Shown in pieces: positions 36,201 through 49,220 of a stretch of DNA of 64,000 nt. The translations under genes were made by a program, and so were the position numbers. Numbering within the stretch: the first letter of the stretch is position 1; the number at the start of each line of letters is the position of its first letter. This DNA comes from Mizuhopecten yessoensis. Lineage: Eukaryota. The notes under the pieces are model-generated. The model did not search any database, had not been told where the DNA came from, and saw only the letters and a list, made by a program, of their open reading frames with translations. The stretch is from contig NW_018406901.1 of assembly GCF_002113885.1 (NCBI RefSeq), positions 145,969-209,968 of the forward strand, written 5' to 3'.

Positions 36201-39200
36201 CCTATACGTACCTGACACCTAGTAACGTCCTATTCTCTCCCCTATACGTACCTGACACCTAGTAACGTCCTATTCCCTCCCTTATACGTACCTGACACCT
36301 AGTACCGTCCTATTCCCTCCCCTATAGGTACCTGACACCTAGTACCGTCCTAGTCCCTCTCCTGTATATACCTGACACCTAGAACCGTCATATTCCCCCC
36401 TATACGTACCTGACACCTAGTAACGTCCTATTCTCTCCCCTATACGTACCTGACACCTAGTAACGTCCTATTCCCTCCCTTATACGTACCTGACACCTAG
36501 TACCGTCCTATTCCCTCCCCTATAGGTACCTGACACCTAGTACCGTCCTAGTCTCTCTCCTGTATATACCTGACACCTAGAACCGTCATATTCCCCCCTA
36601 TACGTACCTGACACCTAGTAACGTCCTATTCTCTCCCCTATACGTACCTGACACCTAGTAACGTCCTATTCCCTCCCCTATACGTACCTGGCACCTAGTA
36701 CCGTCCTATTCCCTCCCCTACACGTACCTGACACCTAGAACAGTTCTATTCCCTCCCCTATACGTATCTGACACCAGGTACCGTCCTATTCAATCCCCTA
36801 TACGTACCTGGCACCTAGTACCGTCCTATTCCCTCCCCTATACGTAACTGACACCTAGTACCGTCATATTCACTCCCATATACGTACCTGACACCTATAG
36901 TACCGTCCTATGCCCTCCCCTATACGTACCTGACACCTAGTAACGTTCTATTCACTCCCCTATACGTACCCGACACCTATAAAAGTCCTATCCCCCCCCT
37001 ATACGTACCTGACACCTAGTACCGTCCTATGCCCTCCCCTATACGTACCTGACACCTAGTAACGTCCTATTCCCTCCCCTATACGTACCTGACACCAAGT
37101 ACCGTCCTATTCCCTCCCCTATAGGTACCTTACACCTAGTACCGTCCTAGTCCCTCTCCTGTATATACCTGACACTTAGTACCGTCCTATTCACTCCCCT
37201 ATACTTACCTGACACCTAGTACCATCCTAGTCCCTCTCCTATACGTACCTAACACCAAGTACCGTCCTATTCACTCCCCTATACATACCTGACACCAAGT
37301 ACCGTTCTATTCCCTCCCCTATACGTACCTGACACCAAGTACCGTCCTATTCACTCCCCTATACGTACCTGACACCTATTACTGTCCTATTCCCTCCCAT
37401 ATACGTACCCAACACCTATAGTACCGTCCTATGCCCTCCCCTTTAGGTACCTGACACCTAGTACCGTCCTAGTCCCTCTCCTGTATATACCTGACACCTA
37501 GTACCGTCATATTCCCCCCTATACGTACCTGACACCTAGTAACGTCCTATTCTCTCCCCTATACGTACCTGACACCTAGTAACGTCCTATTCCCTCCCTT
37601 ATACGTACCTGACACCTAGTACCGTCCTATTCCCTCCCCTATAGGTACCTGACACCTAGTACCGTCCTAGTCTCTCTCCTGTATATACCTGACACCTAGA
37701 ACCGTCATATTCCCCCCTATACGTACCTGACACCTAGTAACGTCCTATTAAGTACCGTCCTATTCCCTCCCCTATACGTACCTGACACCTAGTAACGGCC
37801 TATTCCCTCCCCTATACGTACCTGGCACCTAGTACCGTCCTATTCCCTCCCCTACACGTACCTGACACCTAGAACAGTTCTATTCCCTCCCCTATACGTA
37901 TCTGACACCAGGTACCGTCCTATTCAATCCCCTATACGTACCTGGCACCTAGTACCGTCCTATTCCCTCCCCTACACGTACCTGACACCTAGAACAGTTC
38001 TATTCCCTCCCCTATAACGTACCTGACACCTAGTAACGTTCTATTCACTCCCCTATACGTACCCGACACCTATAAAAGTCCTATCCCCCCCCTATACGTA
38101 CCTGACACCTAGTACCGTCCTATGCCCTCCCCTATACGTACCTGACACCTAGTACCGTCGTATTCACTACCCTATACGTACCTGACACCTAGTAACGTTC
38201 TATTCACTCCCCTATACGTACCCGACCCCTATAAAAGTCCTATCCCCCCCCATTCCCTCCTCTTTACGTACCTGACACCAAGTACCGACCTATTCACTCC
38301 CCTATACGTATCTGTCTTAATCCCTCCCGTATACGTACCGGACACCAGGTACCGTCCTATTCACTCCCCTATACGTCCCTGCCACCTAGTACCGTCGTAT
38401 TCACTCCCCTACACGTACCTGACACCAAGTACCGTCATATTCACTCCCCTACACGTACCTGACACCAAGTACCGTCCAATTCCCTCCCCTATACGTACCT
38501 GAAACCTAGTACCGTCGTATTCACTCCCCTACACGTACCTGACACCAAGTACCGTCATATTCACTCCCCTACACGTACCTGACACCTAGTACGGTCGTAT
38601 TCACTCCCCTATACGTCCCTGACACCTATTCCCTCCCCTATACGTACCTGAAACCTAGTACCGTCGTATTCACTCCCCTACACGTACCTGACACCAAGTA
38701 CCGTCATATTCACTCCCCTACACGTACCTGACACCAAGTACCGTCATATTCACTCCCCTACACGTACCTGACACCTAGTACCGTCCAATTCACTCCCCTA
38801 TACGTACCTGTCTTAATCCCCCCCGTATACGTACCTGACACCAGGTACCCTCCTATTCACTCCCCTATACGTATCTGACGCCTAGTACCGTCCTAGTCAC
38901 TCCCCTATACGTACCTGACACATAGTAAAGTCATATTCCCTCCCCTATACGTATCTGACACCTAGTACCGTCATATTCACTTCCATATACGTACCTGACA
39001 CCTATTAACGTCCTATTCCCTCCCCTATACGTAACTGACACCTAGTACCGTCATATTCCCTCCCCTATACGTACCTGGCACCTAGTACCGTCCTATTTTC
39101 TCCCCTATACGTACCTGATACCTAGTACCGTCCTGTTCACTCCCATATACGTACCTGACACCTAGTACGGTCGTATTCACTCCCCTATACGTCCCTGACA

Positions 39201-40047
39201 CCTAGTCCCGTCGTATTCACTCCCCTATACGTCCCTGCCACCTAGTACCGTCGTATTCACTACCCTATACGTACCTGACACCTAGAACAGTTCTATTCCC
39301 TCCCCTATACGTATCTGACACCTAGTACAGTCCTATTCCCTCCCCTATACGTAACTGACACCTAGTACCGTCATATTCCCTCCCCTATACGTATCTGACA
39401 CCTAGTACCGTCATATTCCCTCCCCTATACGTACCTGGCACCTAGTACCGTCCTATTCACCCCCCTATACGTACCTGACACCTATACAAGTCCTATTCCC
39501 TCCCCTATACGTCCCTGACACCTATTCCCTCCCCTATACGTACCCGACACCTAGTACCGTCCTTTGCCCTCCCCTATACGTACCTGACGCCTAGTAACGT
39601 CCTATTCCCTCCCTTATACGTACCTGACACCTAGTACGGTCGTATTCACTCCCCTATACGTCCCTGCCACCTAGTACCGTCGTATTCACTACCCTATACG
39701 TACCTGACACCAAGTACCGTCCCATTCACTCTCCTATACGTACCTGATACCTAGAACCGTCCTATTCCTTCCACTATACATACTTGACACCTAGCACTGT
39801 CCTATTCCCTCCCCTATACGTACCTGACACCTAGTACCGTCGTATTCACTCCCCTATACGTCCCTGACACCTAGTACCGTCGTATTCACTCCCCTATACG
39901 TACCTGACACCAAGTACCGTCCTATTCACTCCCCTATACGTACCTGACACCTAGTACCGTCCTGTTCACTCCCATATACGTACCTGACACCTAGTACCGT
40001 CCTATTCACTCCCCTATACGTCCCTGACACCTAGTACCGTCGTATTC
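33228..40047. repeat. 40-bp satellite array (cctatacgtacctgacacctagtaacgtcctattccctcc), about 170 copies
   Basis: Periodicity 40, with a homogeneous core at about 35100-35780, diverged edges and higher-order duplications. Confidence 0.98.
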
Positions 40048-40306
40048 CATACTGTATCCGTAAAATTCGGTTCAAAGGACTTGCAAGATTACTTTGTGTA
40101 TTACGTAATCAGTATTGGTTTTTGCACAAAATCGTTCAGGTAATGTCTCGTCATGTAGATGTGAATTATGTACTATTCATAGAAATATATATCATTGTTT
40201 TCCTGATATAAAGCTGGGTTTTTAAAACCTTAACCGGAGCTAATTTCGGAGAAAAGAATCACTGGGTATAACGGTATCGCTCCCCGTGAAGCGTCGCTAC
40301 TCTGAG

Positions 40307-40413
40307 TAGTCCGAATTATTCTGACGTTTTATCAACTTTTTTCATATCGGTCTGTCGTCGATGAACAGAACGATATGAAAAAAGTTGATAAAACGTCAGA
40401 ATAATTCGGACTA
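40307..40413. mobile_element. 107-bp foldback MITE with 9-bp TSD
   Basis: Perfect 43-bp TIRs (40307-40349 and 40371-40413), termini TAG...CTA, and TSD TACTCTGAG at 40298-40306 and 40414-40422. Confidence 0.92.
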
Positions 40414-42559
40414 TACTCTGAGTGACACATGCATAAAAAAAATCGATAAATTAGTGGTAAGTTGTTTTATCTTAGGCCATTTTAAGAGGTTTTCTTTTTG
40501 AAACGTTATGCTTTACACCTTTTTTTTTAAAAGTTTTAGCGTTCCATTTGTTCTTTAAGGCCGTAACCTATGGCTTTTTTGTGATGTGTTAAGATCGTGC
40601 AATAATGATGCGACACTTTACCGGCAAGTACCTTTGTCTAAGAGACGATAGCATAGGGGACCCGCAACGATATAAACATGACGCGTTTAAAAGAAATATA
40701 TGGTGTTTTTTTAATCTTTGTACATCTAAAAGGTTAACAGTCTACCAAGAATATTGTTTTTGTTTTTGCCATGTTTTTTTTTTTTGCATTCTAGAATTCC
40801 AGATACGGAATAAGAAATAATGGACCCATCATTAAAAGACCTTTAATGTGTGTGTGTTTTTATTACTCATTATACTTCAGTTTTAATCACACTTTGAGTG
40901 AAAAAAATATGTTTTTGTTTATTCTTTCTTCGTCATAATTTGAAAGAGTCGTATATCAATTGTCATTCAGTAATAAACCATTATAAGTAAAATTACTGCA
41001 GCATTCCTAAAAAGATGTGGACGAGTCTTCTGCAAGTAGTGAATGCTCTACCAAACAGTTATTTTGTGTCAGTGATTAAAAAATATGAGCAAAATTGGTG
41101 AATTCTTGTAAATTGACCTTTTATAAAAACGCAAAGACTATCTTAATTATCAGCGAAAACATTTTTCTAAAGCTGTTATCGGCAGCTTTTGACTTTTGTT
41201 TATCGACGAACAGTACAGTAGTAGGTGTGACGTTCGTACAATATATATTTTTTTATATAGTCTTTGAAATACACATTTATTGTATAGTTTTTTTAAGTAC
41301 AATATTTTCATACATTTGCGTTGACTGTTTTTTGAGGTATGACAACTTATTCAGTTGAAATTTATTTTACTACGCCTTTTGTTCTTTGTGTTACAAACTA
41401 ATGGCGGTGGAATTTTATTTCAGAGATTAAGTCACCACATTTTGCAAATCATTTCACGGAAAAATACGAAAAACGTCAATAAATTATTTTTCATGGTATC
41501 CATTTAATTTCAGTGGCGCAATAATTGGTTCCATGAAAATTCAAAGAAATTATATAGAGATGCGTTAAAAATAAGGTAAATCCGGGCAAATTGCGAATAC
41601 TTTTGGCACGAAGCTGTAATTTTCAATCACGTCACAATTAAATGACGTCACTGAGCACAAACTCACCTCCATGCTTGACGCCAATTCGTCATGCATGAGT
41701 TTGAGCGAAAGGTAAAATGTTTTGCTCACTTCTGCTTAAATTTTAAAAAAAATGTCATCTGATACACGAAACCTTCTCCTTCGGCTAAAGTGTAAGTTTA
41801 TAAAAATAATGCTCCGAGGAATATAACTAACCACCTTCGTCTGGCGATCCGAGTAGTATATTCCTTCAAGCAATGTACCGCATACTTGCATCTTTTCCCT
41901 CTGGAGAAAAATATACCTACTGCCAACAGAAATCATCTGGAAGGAAAAATACTCCAAATGTTTACTTCATTGTTGAAGTCTTACCACTTCAAGATATAAT
42001 TACCTTTCTTTGTCTCATTTAACATTTACACAACATCAGTGTCATTTAATTAACAATTTCTTAATTATCAAAAGATCCGTTTTATTTTTTATTTCAAGCG
42101 GCTGTGCATGGTAAATGCAGTATTTGATGCAGATATTTTAATGACTACAATTTCTTGTATCAGTATTTCCATCTTGTTATCAATTCATTTATTTGTATCA
42201 AAACAACGTTTTCTTTACCACTGACATCAAAGTCAGACCTAAAACGATTCAATCGAGCACAAATGTATTAATGGTTATTTCTTCATGATAACGTGAATAT
42301 TTCCTATCTAAATTTTAAAAAAAATATCGTGTTAGATTTTACTCAATCAAAATTGATTTATTCTGTAATGAGTTTTCCCTACTGATTTTTTTTATCTTTA
42401 TTTCTCTTAAAAAAATACACAAAAAATGGCGATAATTCGCATTTTTCCCTTTTCCCATCTTTCGACGCCCACTTTTTTGACGGACAGGTAATGTATGCAC
42501 ATTTGCCTACTTACTATGCACACATTCTCATTACCTATGCACACTCTAGGAAATACTCG

Positions 42560-42720
42560 ATGCTGATTGGTCAAGTGGCGTGTGAATTGTGCATAACTAA
42601 TGACTCCACGTGGGGTTCTTGAGTCGATAGCCAGCTGTTGAGTTGACCAATCACTCGCGCCCAAATATGGCAAATGTATTTGCCTCCTGCTTTTGTTATT
42701 TGCGGAATAATAACGCGTGT
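42560..42720 (+). promoter_or_regulatory. Probable groucho promoter
   Basis: CCAAT boxes (ATTGG 42566, CCAAT 42647), E-boxes CCACGTGG (42606) and CAGCTG (42632), and a perfect CArG box CCAAATATGG (42661-42670), about 470 nt upstream of the ATG. Confidence 0.6.
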
Positions 42721-43139
42721 TGAATTATACTGTGTGTGGCATTTTACAAGGCAGTTCACACGGGCACATACACATAGAGAGGTTGAGTCTGTGCATTCGG
42801 TAGGGAATTTACATCATATATCGTCAAAATACCCGGATTTTCATCATCAAATTGTGCTTCAAGTTGTTCACCAGGCTGTACCCCGGGTCTAGGGTTCATG
42901 TGGATGTTACACACGACGGAATATGATTTGATGGATTACCGATAAAGGCAGATTCGCGGGTCGACCTCGAGCCGTGCTGTGTGTAGCGACTGGTCGATCG
43001 CAGTACATTCCATGCAGACGTCGTTTCCTATGTTTTTTGTATGTGTAGAGTCATTCTAGTGTGGGATTGTATGAACAGTACAATCTAAATGAAGACTGGT
43101 GTAATTTTTGGGATATAATTTATACTAACAAACCCAGCG

Positions 43140-43160
43140 ATGTATCCTAATCGCCACCCG
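43140..43160 (+). CDS. gro: Groucho/TLE co-repressor, coding exon 1 (MYPNRHP)
   Basis: ATG at 43140 and donor CCG|gtaagt. Matches the Groucho/TLE N-terminus (vertebrate MFPQSRHP-type) and splices in phase 0 to exon 2. Confidence 0.93.
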
Positions 43161-43367
43161 GTAAGTGGACCGACACTGCGTTGTTCAGCCCAGCGTAGCA
43201 CGTTTTTGCTTTCTGTTTACTTGCGACTCTCTTTGTTCATGAATGGCGGGTCTGGCCCTGCCTCGGCGCGCTCGAGGACCCCAGGCTCATTTTTCGTATA
43301 TTCCGTTCCCTTTATGACCTCATTTTTTTGCTATGTATATTATCATTGTCGTGTACTGTTGTTTCAG

Positions 43368-43465
43368 ACGCCGCATCAACCCGGCCAGCCGTTCAAATTT
43401 ACGGTGGCGGAATCGTGCGATCGAATAAAAGAGGAATTCAGCTTTCTGCAAGCCCAATATCACAG
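43368..43465 (+). CDS. gro: Groucho/TLE exon 2 ([33 protein letters not shown]), Q domain
   Basis: Acceptor gtttcag| and donor AG|gtacaa, 98 nt. Contains the hallmark Q-domain sequence QPFKFT..ES.DRIKEEF.FLQAQYH. Confidence 0.97.
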
Positions 43466-43755
43466 GTACAACGTCATACGATTAGCTCCAATTAGACGCG
43501 TTCGTATAATAAAATACAGGCACATATTGACTACGTATATGTAAATGTGTTTGTGTCTCGTTTGCCTGCCTAGTCGTTGTACTGAAAACGACACTAGCAT
43601 AGTTTTATATATATATGCCCTGTATATGACACTTGACTGTCTTGAGTCACATAACCCAGATTGGATGCAATTGATCTGTAAGCAAACAGTTAATGATTGA
43701 ATGTTTTTCAAGAGGCCGAATAAGGTGATAATTTTGTTTTGTTTTTCATGTGTAG

Positions 43756-43819
43756 TTTAAAAATGGAATGTGAGAAACTGGCCCAGGAAAAGACAGAAAT
43801 GCAACGACACTATGTCATG
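43756..43819 (+). CDS. gro: Groucho/TLE exon 3 ([22 protein letters not shown]), Q domain
   Basis: Acceptor tgtgtag| and donor ATG|gtaagt, 64 nt. Phase is compatible with exon 2 and the peptide is near-identical to [24 protein letters not shown]. Confidence 0.97.
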
Positions 43820-44874
43820 GTAAGTTCACACGCAGTCAACCGTGACCCCGTTAAGAATATTTAAACTATTTTACTTTGATCTAGACTGGTGAAAATCCCT
43901 ACTCTAAATGGTTGTAAAAAGGTCCCAGATAAGATTTATACAAATTATCTAACATGCATTTTTTTAAATAGCATCTCATAAACACCCCAAAACGATTTCA
44001 CTTTTATACAAACTTTATGTAACATACACATCCCCAGACACTTTAAAACACTGTTTTTTTGTCTGTAAAAAAATGTATATTTGGAATGCCGTTGTAAAGG
44101 GAAGCTTGTATATATCGTCTGTGCAGTGTGCGCGTGTAAAGCTTGGCTGGTAGTGAAGGCACGTAAGGTAAATTGATTCGGTCTAATTGAATTAATTTTA
44201 GTCCCCTGTGATATCACTAGGGTCGTGGCCTGTTAACTGGCTGTAACATGAAATGATGTGACTCACTCACATTCTAGGAGCGATGTGTTTAATTTACACA
44301 CAGAAAAATCACTGTAGACTAGGCAGCTAAGCTTAAGCTGAATTTACTGACAATACAGGTACACAGGGGCGAGCTAATGTCTCGATTATTGCTCTCTAGT
44401 TATGTAATTACTTGGTGCTAGCTGACACCGCTTTCAAGGCCAAACAAATCTGTTTCAAGTTTCACCACTCTTCATTTGTTTAATGTTCCTACTGTAGGGA
44501 CGTTTAATTTAAGAGTCTGGATAATTGTAGGATAAACAGAAGATTTTTTAAAAATTAAACGGCATCTGCACCCATCTTTCATATTGAAATGCATTTTAAC
44601 CAGTACATATCATTTTAGTTCAAAAAACCCACAACATAACATTGGTATGGCCTCATCGTTTTGTTGGGTGAAGATCAAATATCAACCTCGTTATGTTTTG
44701 TTTTTGCATACATTATATTTATCATTGTATTTATCACTGAGGGGAAAAAAATCCATATAAATTAAATTTGTTTCAACAGATCAATAATATCTGGTTATTA
44801 AAAAAACACTTTATATAAATCAATAAAATTTAAATGTATGCTAATTAGTAAGTGATTATTAATATTTTTTTCAG

Positions 44875-44919
44875 TATTACGAGATGTCCTATGGATTAAA
44901 TGTGGAAATGCATAAACAG
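44875..44919 (+). CDS. gro: Groucho/TLE exon 4 (YYEMSYGLNVEMHKQ)
   Basis: Acceptor tttttcag| and donor CAG|gtgagt, 45 nt. Highly conserved Groucho peptide. Confidence 0.97.
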
Positions 44920-46044
44920 GTGAGTTACGTTAATCGTTACAGGTAACACAGGTGTAAGCTACACAGGTAAGCAGATATCTAGATACTGTGTCGATGCATA
45001 AATAGACTCGCACAACTAAAGGTGATACACATTTTTTTGCCGATAAGGGCTCCCCCATACAAACTAATCGCCATCTAGGCATGCCTTAGGTCACATGGTC
45101 TAGGTATACACTTGATAACATTGCGGGTAATGCGATCTCTAAATGACTGCACTTAGCGTTTTGTAACTGGTCGAGTTAGGGGTGTTTTATCAGTATTAGA
45201 GCACAGGGTTGAGGAAACTAGAGATTTTAGCCCCCCTCCACTTCAAATCAAAAAGGGTTCATTTAATCCCCCCATAGATTTATGTGAGACTTTCTAGAAT
45301 TATTATTAAGCTTTCAAAATAAAATAAAAAGATTAAGAACCCTCCCATGATGACTTGACAGTATGATCAAATTTACAGATGCTGTTGTGTTGCGGTCCCT
45401 TGGGTTTCAATCCTCGACTCCTCCCATATTTCAAATCTGCCCTTTGTGTGTCACGGAAGTGACTGACTGGGGTCACACAATGGCCCTGTTCTCTCGGGGA
45501 CAACAGTCAGAACCCATTTTTTTCTATGAGGGTGTGTCACATCTTTTTTTATTTGTAAAAGAGGTGGTGAAACTCCTGCTGGTATGCTGTGAGTCACATG
45601 TAACAGAGAAAATCTCCACTCCAGACAACATATGTATATACATATATACAAGAGAAAGAGATAATTTTTCTCCTATCTGGCCTGCGATTACATGGTGGTA
45701 TTCGTGTGTAATGGATAGGCCCGACTCCTGACTGGAATACCTCTAGATCTCTTGTACAAGTGTAATTGGGCTGTGATAAGTTTTTCAATATCCTGAGGAG
45801 GCGTGGCCTAATGCACCAAGGGGGCGGAGCTACAGTCTGTGTTGATACAGAACATTTGCAAACACATGATCATGCTCTCTCCATCAATCAATAACCTGGT
45901 CCAGGCAGCACAAAGCTGGACATTTGAGAGGGTAAGCTGGGCTACAGATCTCGGCTCTGATCTGTGAAGTAGGTTATATTGGTGTAGTGCACAGCTGGTG
46001 CCCACATACCTGAGGACAGCAGGCACCCTTATTTACATCAGTGC

Positions 46045-46615
46045 TTACAGCAGAAAACATGAGTACTTACAGCAGAATATTTGACATGGATATATAAAAT
46101 TACATCATATTACAGCTGAATATTTAAATCATTCTTACAGCAGATTATTTAGATCTTCCTTACAGCAGATTATTCAGATTGTCCTTACAGCAGATTATTT
46201 AGATCTTCCTTACAGCAGATTGTTTACATCATCCTTACAGCAGATTGTTTAGACCGTCCTTACAGCAGATTGTTCAGATCTTCCTTACAGCAGATTGTTC
46301 AGATTGTCCTTACAGCAGATTGTTTACATCGTCCTTACAGCAGATTGTTGAGATCATCCTTACAGCAGATTATTTAGATCATCCTTACAGCAGATTGTTT
46401 AGATTATCCTTACAGCATATTATTTAGATCATCGTTACAGCAGAGTATGTAGATCTTCGTTACAGCATAGTATGTAGATCTTCGTTACAGCAGAGTATGT
46501 AGATAGTCCTTACAGCAGAGTATGTAGATCGTCCTTACAGCAGATTATTTAGATCGTCCTAACAGCAGAATATGTAGATTGTCCTTACAGCAGATTATTT
46601 AGATCATCCTCACAA
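46045..46615. repeat. 25-bp minisatellite (cagattatttagatcatccttacag) in gro intron 4
   Basis: Direct reading. Decays further to about 46760. Confidence 0.93.
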
Positions 46616-47341
46616 CAATATTTTGCATCAATTACTCTGCAGAAGAATATTTGCATCTTTATTTAATACAACAGAAAATATACATCTTGTGCAACAATAT
46701 TAACATCTTTACAGCAAAATATTTAAATCAATCTTACAGCAATCTTTACAGATATTTACACCATCATCTGCTGGAAACATCAGAACAAAAAAGAACGGCC
46801 CCACTTCCATCAAACATCGCTGAATCTCTATCACATAAATCAACTGTCAAACATTTAACACCTTCCAAGTGAAATAACAGCAGTGATCAAGGGACCGCTA
46901 AGGATAAATCTAAAATGTATAACGTACCTCTATGGATATTTATAACGACTTCTGTCCAAGCAAGCAATAAGTACGTCGCACGTCAATTATAGTCTGTCGA
47001 GCCCAAAATAAAGGAGCAATCTTCGTAGGTTTGGCATTTTCAACTTTTAACATTTTACTTGCTTTAGAAGACTTCCTTTTACAAATGACATTTTCATTGT
47101 AGTAAGAAATGGTTGTTTGTGAATAAGAGGGGGGGGCGGGGAAAGAAGACTTTTTTATGATTTTGAATGATCTCCTGGGCGATGTTAGACATGGACACTA
47201 CTAATACAACTCGATTGGGACTCCCGACTGTCTCTTCAATGGAACGTGTGAATAAAATATGTTTATCCACATCAGATACTACACATGTACACATTGACAT
47301 CAGGAACATGAGCAGATATTTATTTGTCCAGAGATCTGCTG

Positions 47342-47444
47342 TTAACCCTTTCACCACTGTAGACCATAATGGACTCGTCCAGATCAATGCATGGGAGCTC
47401 GAGAGTCTAGATCTACTAGAGTTGTATAGGAGTGAAAGGGTTAC
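47342..47444. mobile_element. Tiny piggyBac-like MITE, second copy
   Basis: TTAACCCTTTCAC...GTGAAAGGGTTAC. Its reverse complement aligns with 52668-52758 (ccatgcattgat.tgga.gagt.cattatg). Confidence 0.7.
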
Positions 47445-48070
47445 AACTAAAGATTGGCATCTGCAGCAAAGAATTGTGAAGTTGAGGACTCAAACTAATT
47501 TTTTTTATGTGTACAAAAGTAAAAGGTAAAGAAAAATCATTTTGGTATGTACATCATTAACAACTCATCTTATAGACGGCAGTCTCCAGAAGTTCCTTAA
47601 ACTACTTTTCAAGATTGTGTAGTACTGGATCAATACAACTGATGCTGCTGTCCTGGATACAGTGTATTCTTCTTTCCATTCATTAACTCGGCCTTGTTAC
47701 CAGCAAGTGTGAACACATCAATTCATTGGCCGCTGCCATTCTGCCGGGAATTGATGTAGTGAACGGGGCAGTTTGAGGCAGATTGTGTCTTTTAATTGGA
47801 TGTGGATTCGTTCCTTAGTGACTTGTCTTAGACACTAGGTGCCACGCTGCTGTTGGTGGCTTCTCCTCGGTGCTAGCTGGCTGGACACGGACTAGACTAG
47901 CTCAGCGCCCCAAAGGGTCAATAACTTCTATTCTGTACTGATTATCAAAAGTACAATTACATATTGATTGATTTGGACATTAGTGGACGCAGATTCCATT
48001 AATGGGAAGGGACATTCGGGACCAAATTCGGTGGATAGAGACGGATCTCCATAATGATGAATATCGATAG

Positions 48071-49220
48071 ATCCTAGAAGTGGGGCGCTGGTGGATACAG
48101 GGTGTCCTAGAAGTGGGGCATTGGTGGATACAGGGGGTCCTAGAAGAGGGGCGTTGGTGGATACAGGGTGTCCTAGCAGTGGGGCATTGGTGGATACAGG
48201 GTGACCTAGAAGTGGGGCGTTGGTGGATACAGGATGACCTAGAAGTGGGGCGGTGGTGGATACAGGGTGTCCTAGAAGTGGGGTTCTGGTGGATAGAGGG
48301 TGTCTTAGAAGTGGAGAGTTGGTGGATACAGGATGTCCTAGAAGTGGGACATTGGTGGATACAGGGTGTCCTAGAAGTGGGGTTCTGGTGGATAGAGGGT
48401 GTCTTAGAAGTGGAGAGTTGGTGGATACAGGATGTCCTAGAAGTGGGACATTGGTGGATACAGGGTGTCCTAGGAGTGGGGCGTTGGTGGATACAGGGTG
48501 TCCTAGAAGTGGGGCCTTGGTGGATACAGGGTGTCCTAGAAGTGGGTCGTTGGTGGATACAGGATGTCCTAGAAGTGGGGCGTTGGTGGATACAGGGTGT
48601 CTTAGAAGTGGGGCATTGGTGGATACAGTGTGTCCTAGAAGTGGGGCGTTGGTGGATACAGGCTGTCCTAGAAGAGGGGCGTTGGTGGATACAGGGTGTC
48701 TTAGAAGTGGGGCATTGGTGGATACAGGGTGACCTAGAAGTGGGGCGTTGGTGGATACAGGATGACCTAGAAGTGGGGCGGTGGTGGATACAGGGTGTCC
48801 TAGAAGTGGGGCGTTGGTGGATACAGGCTGTCCTAGAAGAGGGGCGTTGGTGGATACAGGGTGTCCTAGCAGTGGGGCATTGGTGGATACAGGGTGACCT
48901 AGAAGTGGGGCGTTGGTGGATACAGGGTGTCCTAGCAGTGGGGCATTGGTGGATACAGGGTGACCTAGAAGTGGGGCGTTGGTGGATACAGGCTGTCCTA
49001 GAAGAGGGGCGTTGGTGGATACAGGGTGTCTTAGAAGTGGGGCATTGGTGGATACAGGGGGTCCTAGAAGTGGGGCGTTGGTGGATAAAGGGTATCCTAG
49101 GAGTGGGGCGTTGGTGGATACAGGGTGTCTTAGAAGTGGGGCATTGGTGGATACAGGATGTCCTAGAAGTGGGACATTGGTGGATACAGGGTGTCCTAGA
49201 AGTGGGGTTTTGGTCGATAC
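48071..49220. repeat. 33-bp G-rich minisatellite (tcctagaagtggggcgttggtggatacagggtg), about 35 copies, in gro intron 4
   Basis: Direct reading. Source of the 414-aa WWIQGVLEVGR ORF. Confidence 0.97.

Noticed and set aside
33228-40047. Regular ~40-bp repeats as a possible CRISPR array
   Set aside because: The units are head-to-tail with no unique spacers, there are no cas genes, and the context is eukaryotic.
43140-43544. 134-aa ORF as a single-exon gene
   Set aside because: It is exon 1, the in-frame 207-nt intron 1 and exon 2 of groucho read through.
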